Below, in pieces: positions 12,301 to 21,313 of a stretch of 64,000 nt of DNA (the stretch's first letter is position 1; every line of letters begins with the position of its first letter). The position numbers were made by a program, and so were the translations under genes. The stretch covers positions 8,005 to 72,004 of the forward strand of contig CAYYYG010000002.1 of the NCBI GenBank assembly GCA_964476135.1, written 5' to 3'. The notes under the pieces are model-generated. The model worked only from the letters and a program-made list of their open reading frames with translations, ran no database searches and was not told the origin of the DNA. The stretch is from an uncultured Gammaproteobacteria bacterium (GTDB taxonomy: Bacteria; Patescibacteriota; Microgenomatia; UBA1406; GWC2-37-13).

Positions 12301-12528
12301 AAATCTTGACCCGCCCGCTTTATAGGTCTCAACTCCGATTATCGGTTTTATACCGACATCTTTTGCTTTGCTGAAAAACTTGAAGGCTCCATAAAGTGCG
12401 CCGTGGTCGGTAATTGCAACCGCAGGCATCCCCATATTTTTAGCAGTTTTGAGGACATCCTCGATTCGGGTCATGCCGTCAAGCAGGGAATACTCGGTGT
12501 GAACATGCAAATGTACAAAGCTCATCAT
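9301..12528 (-). CDS. dnaE: DNA polymerase III alpha subunit
   Basis: PHP domain start FVHLHVHTEYSLLDG, plus GPGRGSAAGS and PDIDMDF motifs. 1075 aa. Confidence 0.96.
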   Translation of the reverse strand: MMSFVHLHVHTEYSLLDGMTRIEDVLKTAKNMGMPAVAITDHGALYGAFKFFSKAKDVGIKPIIGVETYKAGGSRFDKPARTEKDQFHLVLLAKNLTGYKNLLKMISLAHLEGFHYKPRVDFELLEKYHEGLICLSGCLSGEIPSLVFENQKEQAEKVLQKYLDIFGPDFYLEIQRHPDQENLEQVNQDIIALSRKFGVPIVATNDVHYLKKEDAYAQEIMLCIQTGRAIFEKDRPLSMIDNPDFYFKSAEEMNKLFVDYPEAIANTLKIAEMCNVEIPHGKLILPKFAVPEGMTAKDYLRQTVYSKIGKMSRYDQEVVNNRIDYELQIISDKGYDNYFLFVSDFVNWAKNNDISVGPGRGSAAGSIVSYLLNITGIDPLEYNLPFERFLNPERPSPPDIDMDFADLRRDEVLQYMRHTYGEEKVAQVITFGTMESRMAVRDVARALGMSYSQGDRISKMIPPPKQGFHQSLDDAIKDNPPLKQAYDTEQDTKKVLDIAKKIVGLPRHSSVHAAAVIIADQDLTEYVPLQKESKEGRIITQYDMYSLDLNVSPNAVGLMKMDILGLRNLTILGEAIGFVEKTKNKKINIYEIPTDDKPTYSLISNGNTIGVFQLESAGMQRLCRDFKPNKISDLAAIGALYRPGPMDLIPAFIEGKKNPGKIVYLHPDLIPIFQETYGVLVYQEQVLEIANRMAGYSLGEADILRRAMGKKKKEIMEMEKKKFVAGCVKNNYPSKVARDIYAFIEKFAAYGFNKSHAASYAMISYWTAYMKANYPIEFMTALLTAELQGAAGPIREQKMAQAIDECRRMNIAVLPPDINKSEYSFSIEGTQIRFGMSAIKHVGSAAIESIMEARKKGKFTGFKDFLNRVDLRKVNKKTVENLIYSGAMTAYGNKNTLLTNYPAAAREAAANRDQEENGQFGLFNTQKNSESQIDDFTTLPELSTEELSFREKEAVGFFLTHDPLLTYKTIIDKKITKKIGSIGPADNGRMMILAGVVSQMKVIKTKRGNEDMAFLTLFDDSGSIEGVVFPKTFAEIRNKIKQNIILLLKGKISDRDGIMSILIEKTVVLDKQVLT

Positions 12529-12531
12529 GAT

Positions 12532-14256
12532 TTAGGGAAATTCCGGATGTAGCGGAACCTTTCGGAAGAACGGATGAATTTTATATGGAAATGTTTCATC
12601 AGCCTTCTGAATGCGAATTGCGTTAATTGCGACACCTAAGTCTTGAGAATCTGTGATTCCATCGAAATTCAGATCAGCAATATCATTTGTTTTATCACCG
12701 AAATGAGTTGCAATATACGATAGATCGAAAGCATCAAGTACTCCATCTCCTTCTCCCTTAAAGGGTATATCTCCGGCAAAAAGAATTATATTGGAAAAAT
12801 CAAGATAATTGTCGCCTGGGTATATCGTAATATTCCCGTTATCGTTTGCGCAATGATACCAACCCGATTCCTGGTCTGAAGGCTTGCCGTCGCATACTTT
12901 TCGTTGTAAGTAGCGCTCACCTTTTATCCATACTTTATATCCGTCCCCAGGTCGAAGATCGTATTTGTCCCGGATAATCCATGAACCGATCCCATCGTAT
13001 TTTGCTGTTGTCCATTTGTAGATTGGTGTTTCACGGTCGTCATTTTTTACCCATACTAAAAATACCTTCGGAACTGGTGGTTTAGCCTGTGGCTGATTAT
13101 AAATCGCTTGAAAGCGCAGTCTCATATTTATATTAACCGGCGGTATCACAGGTGTTGGAGTAGCGCTTGGGTACGCGGCCGATGGGGTTGGCTGTACGCC
13201 GGCTACCCATATATCAATTTCCGACTGGGTTGTTGGTGCACCGCATGAGTCGACAGCGGCTACTTTCCAAAGATATCTTACTCCCGGACTAAATGAAGCG
13301 TATCGGAAAGAGTTAGTATATGTCGGGCCTGTAAATGTTTTTTTGTATGCGATGCCTGTTGAGCCGGATGGTTGAGGTGTTTCTGTCCAAATTTCTACAT
13401 AGTAAAAGCTTGCGCCTGGCACCGGATCCCAGTGTAATTCGAGCCCTTCCTTCGGCGTAACTACTACCCCCCCAGGCCAAAGTCCAGTCGGTTGCTGAAG
13501 ATTACCACAGGTAATCTGAGCAAAGCCTGTGGGAACGACAGTTATTATCGGAGTTAGAATAGGCGTTGCAGTGGGAACTGTTGTCGGAGTTAATGTTCCT
13601 GTAGGTGTGGGTGTTAGCGTGCCGGTAGGTATCGGATTCGGTGAGACCTGTGGAGTTATCGTACTGGTACCGCCTTGAATCGAAAATGATGCGTCTTCGG
13701 CCGTTCCCCAGTCGTATCTTGATGAATAGCTGCTGTAATCGTAATAGACTTCACTTGCATATGTTGAGGTAAAGTTATTATCGTATTCGAGCGATATGCC
13801 TCCCTGTACCAAATTCGGATCAGTCACCTGAACTTCGATATCGAATTTGACTCCTTTTGGTAATGTGCCGTCTGCATATGATACCTCTGCATATAAAACC
13901 GCTCTTCTTGATGAAGTTAAAATACCTTGATAACTTATGCTGCTATTGAGGGGATTGCCGTTCAGATCTGTAGGCATAGAAAAATTTCTTACTATAACTC
14001 CCCCGGTATAAAAAAATGACAACATATATGCATTGACGACATCAGCAGAGGACTGAGGTATCAGAGAAACGGTAATTTTTTTTTGTTCACCATTGGCGAT
14101 GGATTGTGTACGCGGGTTCATGCTCAAATTGATACGGGGATTGGAAATTTGTGCTGAAGTTATGATTGTCCGAGTCTTCTGGCTTGTTAAGGAAGATAAC
14201 GATATAATACCAACAAGTAATGCAAAAACACTAAAATAGATTACAGTACGTACCAT
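12532..14256 (-). CDS. membrane-anchored or secreted multidomain surface protein (cohesin-like N-domain, PT linkers, Fn3-like domain, C-terminal dockerin-like repeats)
   Basis: N-terminal TM/signal anchor. Tandem TGTLTPTPTGTLTPT linker. Fn3-like segment LELHWDPVPGASFYYVEIW...YLWKVAAVDSCG. C-terminal EF-hand-like pair GDGVLDAFDLSYIA and DLNFDGITDSQDLGVAI. Confidence 0.6.
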   Translation of the reverse strand: MVRTVIYFSVFALLVGIISLSSLTSQKTRTIITSAQISNPRINLSMNPRTQSIANGEQKKITVSLIPQSSADVVNAYMLSFFYTGGVIVRNFSMPTDLNGNPLNSSISYQGILTSSRRAVLYAEVSYADGTLPKGVKFDIEVQVTDPNLVQGGISLEYDNNFTSTYASEVYYDYSSYSSRYDWGTAEDASFSIQGGTSTITPQVSPNPIPTGTLTPTPTGTLTPTTVPTATPILTPIITVVPTGFAQITCGNLQQPTGLWPGGVVVTPKEGLELHWDPVPGASFYYVEIWTETPQPSGSTGIAYKKTFTGPTYTNSFRYASFSPGVRYLWKVAAVDSCGAPTTQSEIDIWVAGVQPTPSAAYPSATPTPVIPPVNINMRLRFQAIYNQPQAKPPVPKVFLVWVKNDDRETPIYKWTTAKYDGIGSWIIRDKYDLRPGDGYKVWIKGERYLQRKVCDGKPSDQESGWYHCANDNGNITIYPGDNYLDFSNIILFAGDIPFKGEGDGVLDAFDLSYIATHFGDKTNDIADLNFDGITDSQDLGVAINAIRIQKADETFPYKIHPFFRKVPLHPEFP

Positions 14257-14280
14257 TAATCACATTCTAGTATTAATCTT

Positions 14281-15642
14281 TTACTTTTTAAAGGCCATCT
14301 TTAATTCTTCTTTCACAGTATTAGCATCTGCTTTCCCTTTCATCGAACGCATTACCTGTCCAAGGAGAAACATCAGTGCATTTTCTTTTCCTGCTCTATA
14401 ATCAGCAGCTGCTTTTTCATTTTCTGCAATCACTTTTTCAACAACGCTTTTAAGTTCTTTTAAATCGGTTTCTACAGGTTTTGCTTTAGCTATGGTAATA
14501 TCTGCGAATTTTTGTGGAGGAATATCTGTCGGGATGCGTTTATTGACAATCATATTTGCCACAACCTGTCCTTTTAATCCTTTTTTTGAAGCGATTTTCA
14601 TGACCTCCTCATAATACTCCGCAGTCTTTTTATTTTTTACTATAATTTTCGCATCCGGTTTTTTAATTCCGTCTCTCTTGTGCAAAAACAACATCTTATC
14701 TCTTGGCAGTTGAGGCAGATCTGCTTTTATTTTTTTCAATAATTCTTCTGAAAAGACGATTTGCGGTATATCTGGTTCCGGAAAATAGCGGTAATCGTGC
14801 GCTTCCTCTTTTGACCGCTGTGAATAAGTGGTTTCTGTTTTTTCATCGTAACCGCGGGTTTCCTGGGCCGGAGTCTCGCCTTTCTCCAGTATTTCCTGCT
14901 GTCTTTTAAGCTCGAATTCTACCGCTTTTTTTACGAAATTGAACGAATTTATATTTTTAACTTCGACTTTGTACTTTGGCAAAAACTTTGTATTTAAGTA
15001 GCCATCTGCATTATGAATATCTGAGTTGTCCGATTGCAAAACTATCAGTGATATATTCGGTTCCAGACGCATGCTCCCTTTTTCCATGTCCGCATCTGAT
15101 ACTTCCAAATATTCTATAACCGTGTGCAGTTCTTCCAGAAAGTCCTTAACATCATCGGCGTTGTCGAAATCAGGCTCGGTGACAATTTCGACAAGCGGCA
15201 CACCTGATCGATTAAAATCTATTAGAGTGTCTTTTCCGGAGTGCAGAAGTTTTCCGGTATCCTCCTCAAGATGAACGCGATGTATTCTGAATTTTTTTTC
15301 CGTTTTTGATTTTTGACTGTCGACTGTTAGATATCCGTTGACTGCGATAGGTTCGTCGTACTGTGATATCTGATATCCTTTGGGTAAATCTGGGTAAAAA
15401 TAATTTTTTCGATCGAATTTGGTGTGTTTGTTTATTTTACATCCAAGCGCCAGTCCGATTCTTGCCGTCCATTCGACCGCAAGTTTATTGGGTACAGGAA
15501 GAGCTCCCGGCATCCCCAAGCACACTGGGCAAGTATTGGTATTTGGTTCTTTACCGAAATAGTCAGCAGAGCACTGACAAAACATTTTTGACTTAGTTTT
15601 TAACTCAACGTGAATTTCAAGTCCTATGACCGGTCTGTACAT
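14281..15642 (-). CDS. gatB: Asp-tRNA(Asn)/Glu-tRNA(Gln) amidotransferase subunit B
   Basis: YRPVIGLEIHVELKTKSKMFC, CPVCLGMPGALP and a C-terminal YqeY-like tail. Confidence 0.95.
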   Translation of the reverse strand: MYRPVIGLEIHVELKTKSKMFCQCSADYFGKEPNTNTCPVCLGMPGALPVPNKLAVEWTARIGLALGCKINKHTKFDRKNYFYPDLPKGYQISQYDEPIAVNGYLTVDSQKSKTEKKFRIHRVHLEEDTGKLLHSGKDTLIDFNRSGVPLVEIVTEPDFDNADDVKDFLEELHTVIEYLEVSDADMEKGSMRLEPNISLIVLQSDNSDIHNADGYLNTKFLPKYKVEVKNINSFNFVKKAVEFELKRQQEILEKGETPAQETRGYDEKTETTYSQRSKEEAHDYRYFPEPDIPQIVFSEELLKKIKADLPQLPRDKMLFLHKRDGIKKPDAKIIVKNKKTAEYYEEVMKIASKKGLKGQVVANMIVNKRIPTDIPPQKFADITIAKAKPVETDLKELKSVVEKVIAENEKAAADYRAGKENALMFLLGQVMRSMKGKADANTVKEELKMAFKK

Positions 15643-15651
15643 ATTAAATAT

Positions 15652-17040
15652 TTAATCTTTGTATTTTTCAAAACCTTTTTTTATAATTCCGAAAAAATCA
15701 GTCTCTTTTTCAAATTGGTAAGCTGCATTCAATACCGTTCCTTCATCGAAGTAGTTGCCCATAAACTGAAGCCCGACAGGTAAATTATTTGCATCCAGTC
15801 CGCAAGGAACATTTATGGCTGGTATACCGGCAACGGCCGCCGGTTCATTTAGCACATCCATAACTTCTCCGAAAAATGGATATTTGGCGAATTCTCCGAG
15901 CTTAAGTGCGGTAATCGGGGTAGTCGGGCCTAAAATAAGATCGACTTCTGCAAATGCTCGCTTGAAGTCCTCTATTATAAGAGTGCGCACTTTCTGAGCT
16001 TTTTTATAAAAAGCATCGTAATAGCCGTATGAAAGCGTATAAGCGCCAAGCATTATACGCCTCTTTGCCTCCGCGCCAAAATAACTCCTTGGATTTCCAT
16101 AGCGAATGCCGTCGTAGCGAGACAGGTTTGAAGAAACTTCAGCTCTTTGCAGTATGGTGTATACAGATATTGAATATTTTGGGGAAACCAGCTTGACTGG
16201 AACTATTTTATGGCCCAGTTTTTTTAATACATCTATGGACTTATTTATATGAGTTTTAACCGTGTCGTCAACCCCTTCAAAATAAGTATCAGTAACTCCG
16301 ATTTTAAGTTTCCGTATTTCTTTCATTTTTTTTATGTAGTCGGGTACCGGCGCGTTCGATGAAGTCGCATCAAATTTGTCACGACCGGCAAGGACCTGTA
16401 ATATGAGTGCCGCATCTTCAGTTGACGATGTAATAGGCCCGGGGCAGTCGAATGAAGATCCCATCGCAATTACACCATATCTGGAAATTCGTCCATATGT
16501 AGGCTTAAGTCCAACAGTGCCACACCAAGAAGCAGGCTGTCTTATCGATCCTGCAGTCTCGGACCCGATTGCAGCGGGGGCTGTATAGGCACTAACTGCG
16601 GCAGCAGATCCACCTGAAGATCCACCCGGAGCCCGGGTTACATCCCATGGGTTTTTGGTCGGACCGTACTGGGAAGTTTCTGTGGATGATCCGTGCGCCC
16701 ATGCATCCATATTGGTTTTTCCTAGGATTGAGATTCCAGATTTTCTTAGCAGTGACACTACAGTTGCATCATATGTCGGGACAAAATTATCCAGTACTGT
16801 CGAAGAAGCAGTAGTTCTAAGATTTTTTGTGCAAAAATTATCTTTTATCGCAAGCGGTGCGCCATATAATAATCCTTCTCCCGATTCTATCCGATCGGAT
16901 CCTTCTGATAAATAGGCGTTCATCAGCGGATCATATTTTTTTATTCTATTCTTAAAATAAGTATGAAGCTCGCTCGGAGAAACTTTTTTTGATCGAATAA
17001 GCTGCAGAAGCTGCGTTAATGATTTACCGAATATATCCAT
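15652..17040 (-). CDS. gatA: Asp-tRNA(Asn)/Glu-tRNA(Gln) amidotransferase subunit A
   Basis: Amidase signature GGSSGGSAAAV...GSETAGSIRQPAS. Confidence 0.95.
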   Translation of the reverse strand: MDIFGKSLTQLLQLIRSKKVSPSELHTYFKNRIKKYDPLMNAYLSEGSDRIESGEGLLYGAPLAIKDNFCTKNLRTTASSTVLDNFVPTYDATVVSLLRKSGISILGKTNMDAWAHGSSTETSQYGPTKNPWDVTRAPGGSSGGSAAAVSAYTAPAAIGSETAGSIRQPASWCGTVGLKPTYGRISRYGVIAMGSSFDCPGPITSSTEDAALILQVLAGRDKFDATSSNAPVPDYIKKMKEIRKLKIGVTDTYFEGVDDTVKTHINKSIDVLKKLGHKIVPVKLVSPKYSISVYTILQRAEVSSNLSRYDGIRYGNPRSYFGAEAKRRIMLGAYTLSYGYYDAFYKKAQKVRTLIIEDFKRAFAEVDLILGPTTPITALKLGEFAKYPFFGEVMDVLNEPAAVAGIPAINVPCGLDANNLPVGLQFMGNYFDEGTVLNAAYQFEKETDFFGIIKKGFEKYKD

Positions 17041-17042
17041 AT

Positions 17043-17342
17043 TTATAATATTCTTGAAACTACAAAAAGCGAGGATTTTTTGTTACTAGAGTTTTTAGTT
17101 GCTTCGGGGGCAGTAAATGTCCTTTCGGATTTTGCTCCATCCTCGAAAAATACATTTTCAAGGCTGGCCGGGGAAGATGTTGCTAACAAACCGGAAGTGT
17201 CCAGTTCTTCTAAGTTTTCCACATAACCGAGAGTTTCTACCAGTTGTTCGCGATATCTATTAGTTTCTTCTTCATCAATATGAAGATTTGCAAGCTTGGA
17301 AAGATGCAAAACCTCCTGTTTTGTAAGTTGTGTTTTCGTCAT
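17043..17342 (-). CDS. gatC: amidotransferase subunit C
   Basis: 99 aa with VLHLSKLANLHIDEEE. Lies immediately upstream of gatA. Confidence 0.85.
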   Translation of the reverse strand: MTKTQLTKQEVLHLSKLANLHIDEEETNRYREQLVETLGYVENLEELDTSGLLATSSPASLENVFFEDGAKSERTFTAPEATKNSSNKKSSLFVVSRIL

Positions 17343-17977
17343 TTTTCGATTATCTGCACAGAGCTGACAACCACCGGATTCACGGGGGTAGAATTTTCGC
17401 CCATAGCATTCTGCTTTACCGGCGCTTCAGCTATTTTATCGACCACCTCTATTCCCTTAGAAACTTTGCCGAAGATAACATAGTTCTTGGGAAGCGGATA
17501 ATCTTGATGCATTATAAAGAATTGACTTCCATTGGTGTTTGGTCCGGCATTGGCCATGGCAAGCGTGCCTCTTGTATACTCACCTTCAAACGGTTCATCG
17601 GCGAATCTGTAGCCTGGACCACCGGTGCCATCACCGCTTGGATCTCCACCCTGAATCATGAATCCCTTAATTGATCTGTGAAAGATAGTTTTGTTATAAA
17701 ATCCTTTTTTAGCTAAAGTGACAAAATTATTCACCGTAATTGGTGTTGTATTGGCATTTAAGTCGATGGTAATGCTTCCGGCTGATGTGTTCAATACCGC
17801 CTGATATGTTTTTTTTGTATCAATTTGCATCGCGGGGGCTTTTGGATCTGTGGTTGGCATAGATGTTGGTGAATTTGTATTGTTTGCCGTCTGAGGATTT
17901 TTAGGCGCTGTAAAATACATCGCTCCCAGTGCGGCAATAATTATAAAAAAAAGAATTAATGCTGGAATGTTTTTCAT
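17339..17977 (-). CDS. cyclophilin-type peptidyl-prolyl cis-trans isomerase with N-terminal membrane anchor
   Basis: FHRSIKGFMIQGGDP...GGPGYRF.DE...GTLAMANAGPNTNGSQFFI. Confidence 0.9.
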   Translation of the reverse strand: MKNIPALILFFIIIAALGAMYFTAPKNPQTANNTNSPTSMPTTDPKAPAMQIDTKKTYQAVLNTSAGSITIDLNANTTPITVNNFVTLAKKGFYNKTIFHRSIKGFMIQGGDPSGDGTGGPGYRFADEPFEGEYTRGTLAMANAGPNTNGSQFFIMHQDYPLPKNYVIFGKVSKGIEVVDKIAEAPVKQNAMGENSTPVNPVVVSSVQIIEK

Positions 17978-17988
17978 AATGATTTTTC

Positions 17989-17997
17989 ATTATACCA
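17989..17997 (-). promoter_or_regulatory. extended -10 TGgTATAAT, 11 nt upstream of the cyclophilin ATG
   Basis: The rc of 17989-17997 reads TGGTATAAT. It lies in the 29-nt gap after the 606-aa ORF. Confidence 0.45.
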
Positions 17998-18006
17998 TCA
18001 TTCGTA

Positions 18007-19827
18007 TTATTGTGAAGTATTTTTTTCCGAAACGAATATTACCGTGATCGGAGTTTGCTCATTACCCTGCCCCATCGGATTATCTTTAAATATATTTCCT
18101 ACGTTTTTAGAGCTATAAGCGGTATCGTTACCAAGCACCTTTTGTCCGATATCGTTCGCATCTATGATAGCCACACCATCAAACGTATTAAGTTTTGTTT
18201 TTGGCAGTTTGTTTCGTAGATGCGCTGTTATTTCCTTCGCCACCCTTTTTGGATTTTTAGGACCGAGTTTGGCCGAAACGTTGGATGGGAATAATGAATA
18301 CTCCGTTGGACCGTCGATTGCCGAGGCAGATCCGCCCGCCACATGATAAAAAGCTCCACGATAACCAAAATACTTTGTAATGGCGGCTATGAGTGCAGCA
18401 AATAATATTCTTGGTAAGCCGACCTCTTCGATCGCAAGTTGCATTGTCCAGGGACTTCCTAGGCCTATCCCAGCAGAAGTTTTCGTAACGTACTTTGATA
18501 ATAATTTGGCAAAATAACCCGGATTTATTTCCCATATAAACTTTGATCTCCCCTGCGTGATAGCAACTATTTTTTCTGAAACACAAACAAACCATCTCTC
18601 CTTTTTTGTTTCCTTGTATTTTTCCAGTCGCCCGAGTTCTCTCAGTCCGGTGATTACATACTTACCTATTTTCGCAACCACATCGTCACCTCGTTTAAAT
18701 ACATCTGTCTTCAGTGGGAAACGGTGATAAATCTTATTTTTAATAATCATCTTTACAGTTTTGGTGGCATTAGGATTAGTTCGCAGTATTTTCCTCTGCT
18801 TGGATGGATAATTTACCTGGCGCATGTTTTGGCTATTACCAAAATCTTTCGGTCCAAAAATACTAAACCAACACTCGACTAGTAATATTCTTAAAAGTGT
18901 TTCGGCACCGTTTTTAGTACCATCTAGGACATCCTGCAATGCTCGCATTACATTCATCTGCTGCCAGTAGTCACGGTTACCGAATCGTGAGTCGAGTAAC
19001 AATATAAATAAATCTTTTTTTGCATTTACTAACTGTTTGTGACTTATCTTAAAAACTTCCGATTCACTTTCAGGACTTCCAGTCTTATCCGAATTAAATT
19101 CTTTAAAAAAATCAGGATTCAACATCTGTGTAGTACTGATAAGTTTAGCGGCTCCTTTTTTTGGACTGTCCTCCATGTCGATTTTTATAGCCGGTAGATT
19201 GGCACTTGAGCATATGTAATTTTTTAAATCTTCATAATTTATTTCAAATAACCCAATTTGCTGTTTTGAAGGATTGTTATCAAGTATTTGCACGTCACCC
19301 TTCTGCCAGAGTAAAATTTGTCCTTCTTTAAGTCGATTAATACCTTTGTATAAACTAATCTGATCATCCGGCGGGCAGCTATTGACGACATATTCGTATA
19401 TCGCCCTACGATCTTCTATTGGTCGCACATTGGTTTCTGGGCCAAGTTTATCTGCTGTATTCGAATATAGTAGTACTGGTATCTTATCGATAGATTCCAC
19501 ACGGTAGAGCATCGCTGCTTTTTGCGATGTGATTAGTACTGATTTTATTTTTCGGTCGATGATAACTAGCGAAAACTTTCCCTCAATTGATTTTAGAAAA
19601 TCAATTCCCGCCTCAAGATATCCATGAGCAATGAACTCTGGTATTGCGTCTTTTTCCACACGTATTACATCATTTAACTCCGCGTCGATAAATTTCTCCT
19701 GATTAAAACTGCCGGATATGTAAACTGAAACCTTGTCTGAAACATATTCAAATTCAGAGCGATGCTTTATTACAGACTCATTCATTAAATAGTCGCTGGA
19801 GCCACATATGCATTCGATATTTGCCAT
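18007..19827 (-). CDS. fusion protein: degenerate asparagine-synthase-like (Ntn/GATase-2-like) N-domain, unknown middle region, and CofE-like (F420-0:gamma-glutamyl ligase family) C-domain
   Basis: N-domain: IEGKFSLVIIDRKIKSVLITSQKAAMLYRV...LYKGINRLKEGQILLW resembles the AsnB glutaminase domain but has no N-terminal MCG. C-domain: VSEKIVAITQGR, AIDGP, AIIDANDIGQ and NPMGQGNEQTPITVI parallel the CofE motifs S.KIVSKAEGR, DASN, TD..GR and G.G.EG.P. Confidence 0.55.
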   Translation of the reverse strand: MANIECICGSSDYLMNESVIKHRSEFEYVSDKVSVYISGSFNQEKFIDAELNDVIRVEKDAIPEFIAHGYLEAGIDFLKSIEGKFSLVIIDRKIKSVLITSQKAAMLYRVESIDKIPVLLYSNTADKLGPETNVRPIEDRRAIYEYVVNSCPPDDQISLYKGINRLKEGQILLWQKGDVQILDNNPSKQQIGLFEINYEDLKNYICSSANLPAIKIDMEDSPKKGAAKLISTTQMLNPDFFKEFNSDKTGSPESESEVFKISHKQLVNAKKDLFILLLDSRFGNRDYWQQMNVMRALQDVLDGTKNGAETLLRILLVECWFSIFGPKDFGNSQNMRQVNYPSKQRKILRTNPNATKTVKMIIKNKIYHRFPLKTDVFKRGDDVVAKIGKYVITGLRELGRLEKYKETKKERWFVCVSEKIVAITQGRSKFIWEINPGYFAKLLSKYVTKTSAGIGLGSPWTMQLAIEEVGLPRILFAALIAAITKYFGYRGAFYHVAGGSASAIDGPTEYSLFPSNVSAKLGPKNPKRVAKEITAHLRNKLPKTKLNTFDGVAIIDANDIGQKVLGNDTAYSSKNVGNIFKDNPMGQGNEQTPITVIFVSEKNTSQ

Positions 19828-19833
19828 AGTAAT

Positions 19834-20730
19834 TTACATGCTCCGCAATATGCGTATGCGTTCGGCAGCCGGAGGATGGGTGCTGAATAACTCGGTAAGA
19901 AGCGAACTGACTCTTGAACCTTTTTTGAAGGGGTTGGATATAAACATGTGGGCGGTTGAAGTTGTTGCTGTCTGTAAAACCCTCGGATCGGCGGATATTT
20001 TTTCAAGTGCCCTCGCCAGACCTTCAGGATATCTGGTAAGGAGAGCTCCGCTTGCATCGGCTAAATACTCTCTTCTTCTTGAAACTGCAAGTTGAATAAG
20101 GGTGGCAACTATCGGAACAAGAACTAGAGCCAAAATCAAAAAGCCAAGTGCGATAGGCCCTCTAGCTTTCTCTTCACGGTCATTGCCTCTCCACCATAAA
20201 GATCTCAGTATCCAGTCGGCAGCCAATGCGATTGTCCCGACAAGAACCGCAACAACTGAAGTTACTAAAATATCGTAGTTTTTTACATGAGAAAGTTCAT
20301 GTGCTATCACTCCTTCCAGTTCGGCACGGTCAAGTCGCTGCAATAATCCGGTAGTTGCACATATAACTGCATGTTTCGGATCACGACCAGTTGCGAATGC
20401 ATTAGGCGCTGGGTCATCGATGACGTATACTTTGGGCATAGGTTGTCCGGAAGCGATACACAAATTTTCAGTTACTGTGTAAAGGTCGAAAAATTCTTTT
20501 TTGTCAGCGGGTCGCGCACCCACGGTACTTAATACTATTTTATCCGAATAAAAATAGCTGCCGAAGCCTGATATAAGGGAAAATGCGAATCCGGCAAAAA
20601 AATATCCCCCCGGCGATTCTTGAAAATACTTCCCTATCAGATAAAAGAAACCGGATGTTAAAACAATAAACAAGCCGATAATAAGATATGTGCGAATTTT
20701 ATTATTCGCGATTTGCTGGTAGGCTGTCAT
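19834..20730 (-). CDS. htpX: M48-family membrane zinc protease HtpX
   Basis: HEXXH as HELSHVKNYD, four TM segments, and C-terminal THPPAAERI. Confidence 0.9.
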   Translation of the reverse strand: MTAYQQIANNKIRTYLIIGLFIVLTSGFFYLIGKYFQESPGGYFFAGFAFSLISGFGSYFYSDKIVLSTVGARPADKKEFFDLYTVTENLCIASGQPMPKVYVIDDPAPNAFATGRDPKHAVICATTGLLQRLDRAELEGVIAHELSHVKNYDILVTSVVAVLVGTIALAADWILRSLWWRGNDREEKARGPIALGFLILALVLVPIVATLIQLAVSRRREYLADASGALLTRYPEGLARALEKISADPRVLQTATTSTAHMFISNPFKKGSRVSSLLTELFSTHPPAAERIRILRSM

Positions 20731-20736
20731 CTTTCG

Positions 20737-20745
20737 ATATTATCA
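20737..20745 (-). promoter_or_regulatory. extended -10 TGaTAATAT, 6 nt upstream of the htpX ATG (leaderless prediction)
   Basis: The rc of 20737-20745 reads TGATAATAT. The TGA is also the lemA stop codon. The spacer is cgaaag. Confidence 0.45.
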
Positions 20746-21294
20746 GAATTTGATTTGTACGTTTTTACGCTCTTCCTCATTCGCCGCAAAAAATTGTTCG
20801 AGTGCAAAACCGAACATGTTGGCGATTATGTTGCTAGGAAATATCTGGACTTTGGTGTTATACTCGAGGACATTGCCATTATAAAATTGTCTTGAATATG
20901 CAATCTTATCTTCCGTATCACCTACCTGTCTTTGCAGATCCTGAAAATTTGTCGAAGCTTTTAGATCAGGGTAAGCTTCGGCAACTGCGAAAAGCGATTT
21001 AAGCGCGCCGCTCAGCATATTGTTCGCCATGGCTTTATCCTCGACTCCCGTAGCATTCATAAGCGCAGATCTTGCTTTGGTAACATTTTCGAATATGTCT
21101 TTTTCATGCTTCGCGTACCCTTTCACCGTTTCCACGAGATTTGGTATAAGATCAGCTCGTCTTTTGAGCTGTACGTCTATGCCCGAAAATGCTTCCTTAA
21201 TGCGGGTTTTCAGCATGATTAGAGCGTTGTAAACGGATATAAAATACACGGCAATAAGTGCAACTGCTGCAAGTAAAATGTACACGTTATTCAT
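20743..21294 (-). CDS. lemA: LemA family membrane protein
   Basis: N-terminal TM, then [43 protein letters not shown]...[12 protein letters not shown]. Confidence 0.88.
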   Translation of the reverse strand: MNNVYILLAAVALIAVYFISVYNALIMLKTRIKEAFSGIDVQLKRRADLIPNLVETVKGYAKHEKDIFENVTKARSALMNATGVEDKAMANNMLSGALKSLFAVAEAYPDLKASTNFQDLQRQVGDTEDKIAYSRQFYNGNVLEYNTKVQIFPSNIIANMFGFALEQFFAANEEERKNVQIKF

Positions 21295-21313
21295 ATAGTT
21301 AGTGCTTAAATTA

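Noticed and set aside
13530-13650. Imperfect tandem DNA repeats
   Set aside because: They encode the TGTLTPTPTGTLTPT Pro/Thr linker of the surface protein. This is in-frame coding repetition, not a CRISPR array or a non-coding VNTR.
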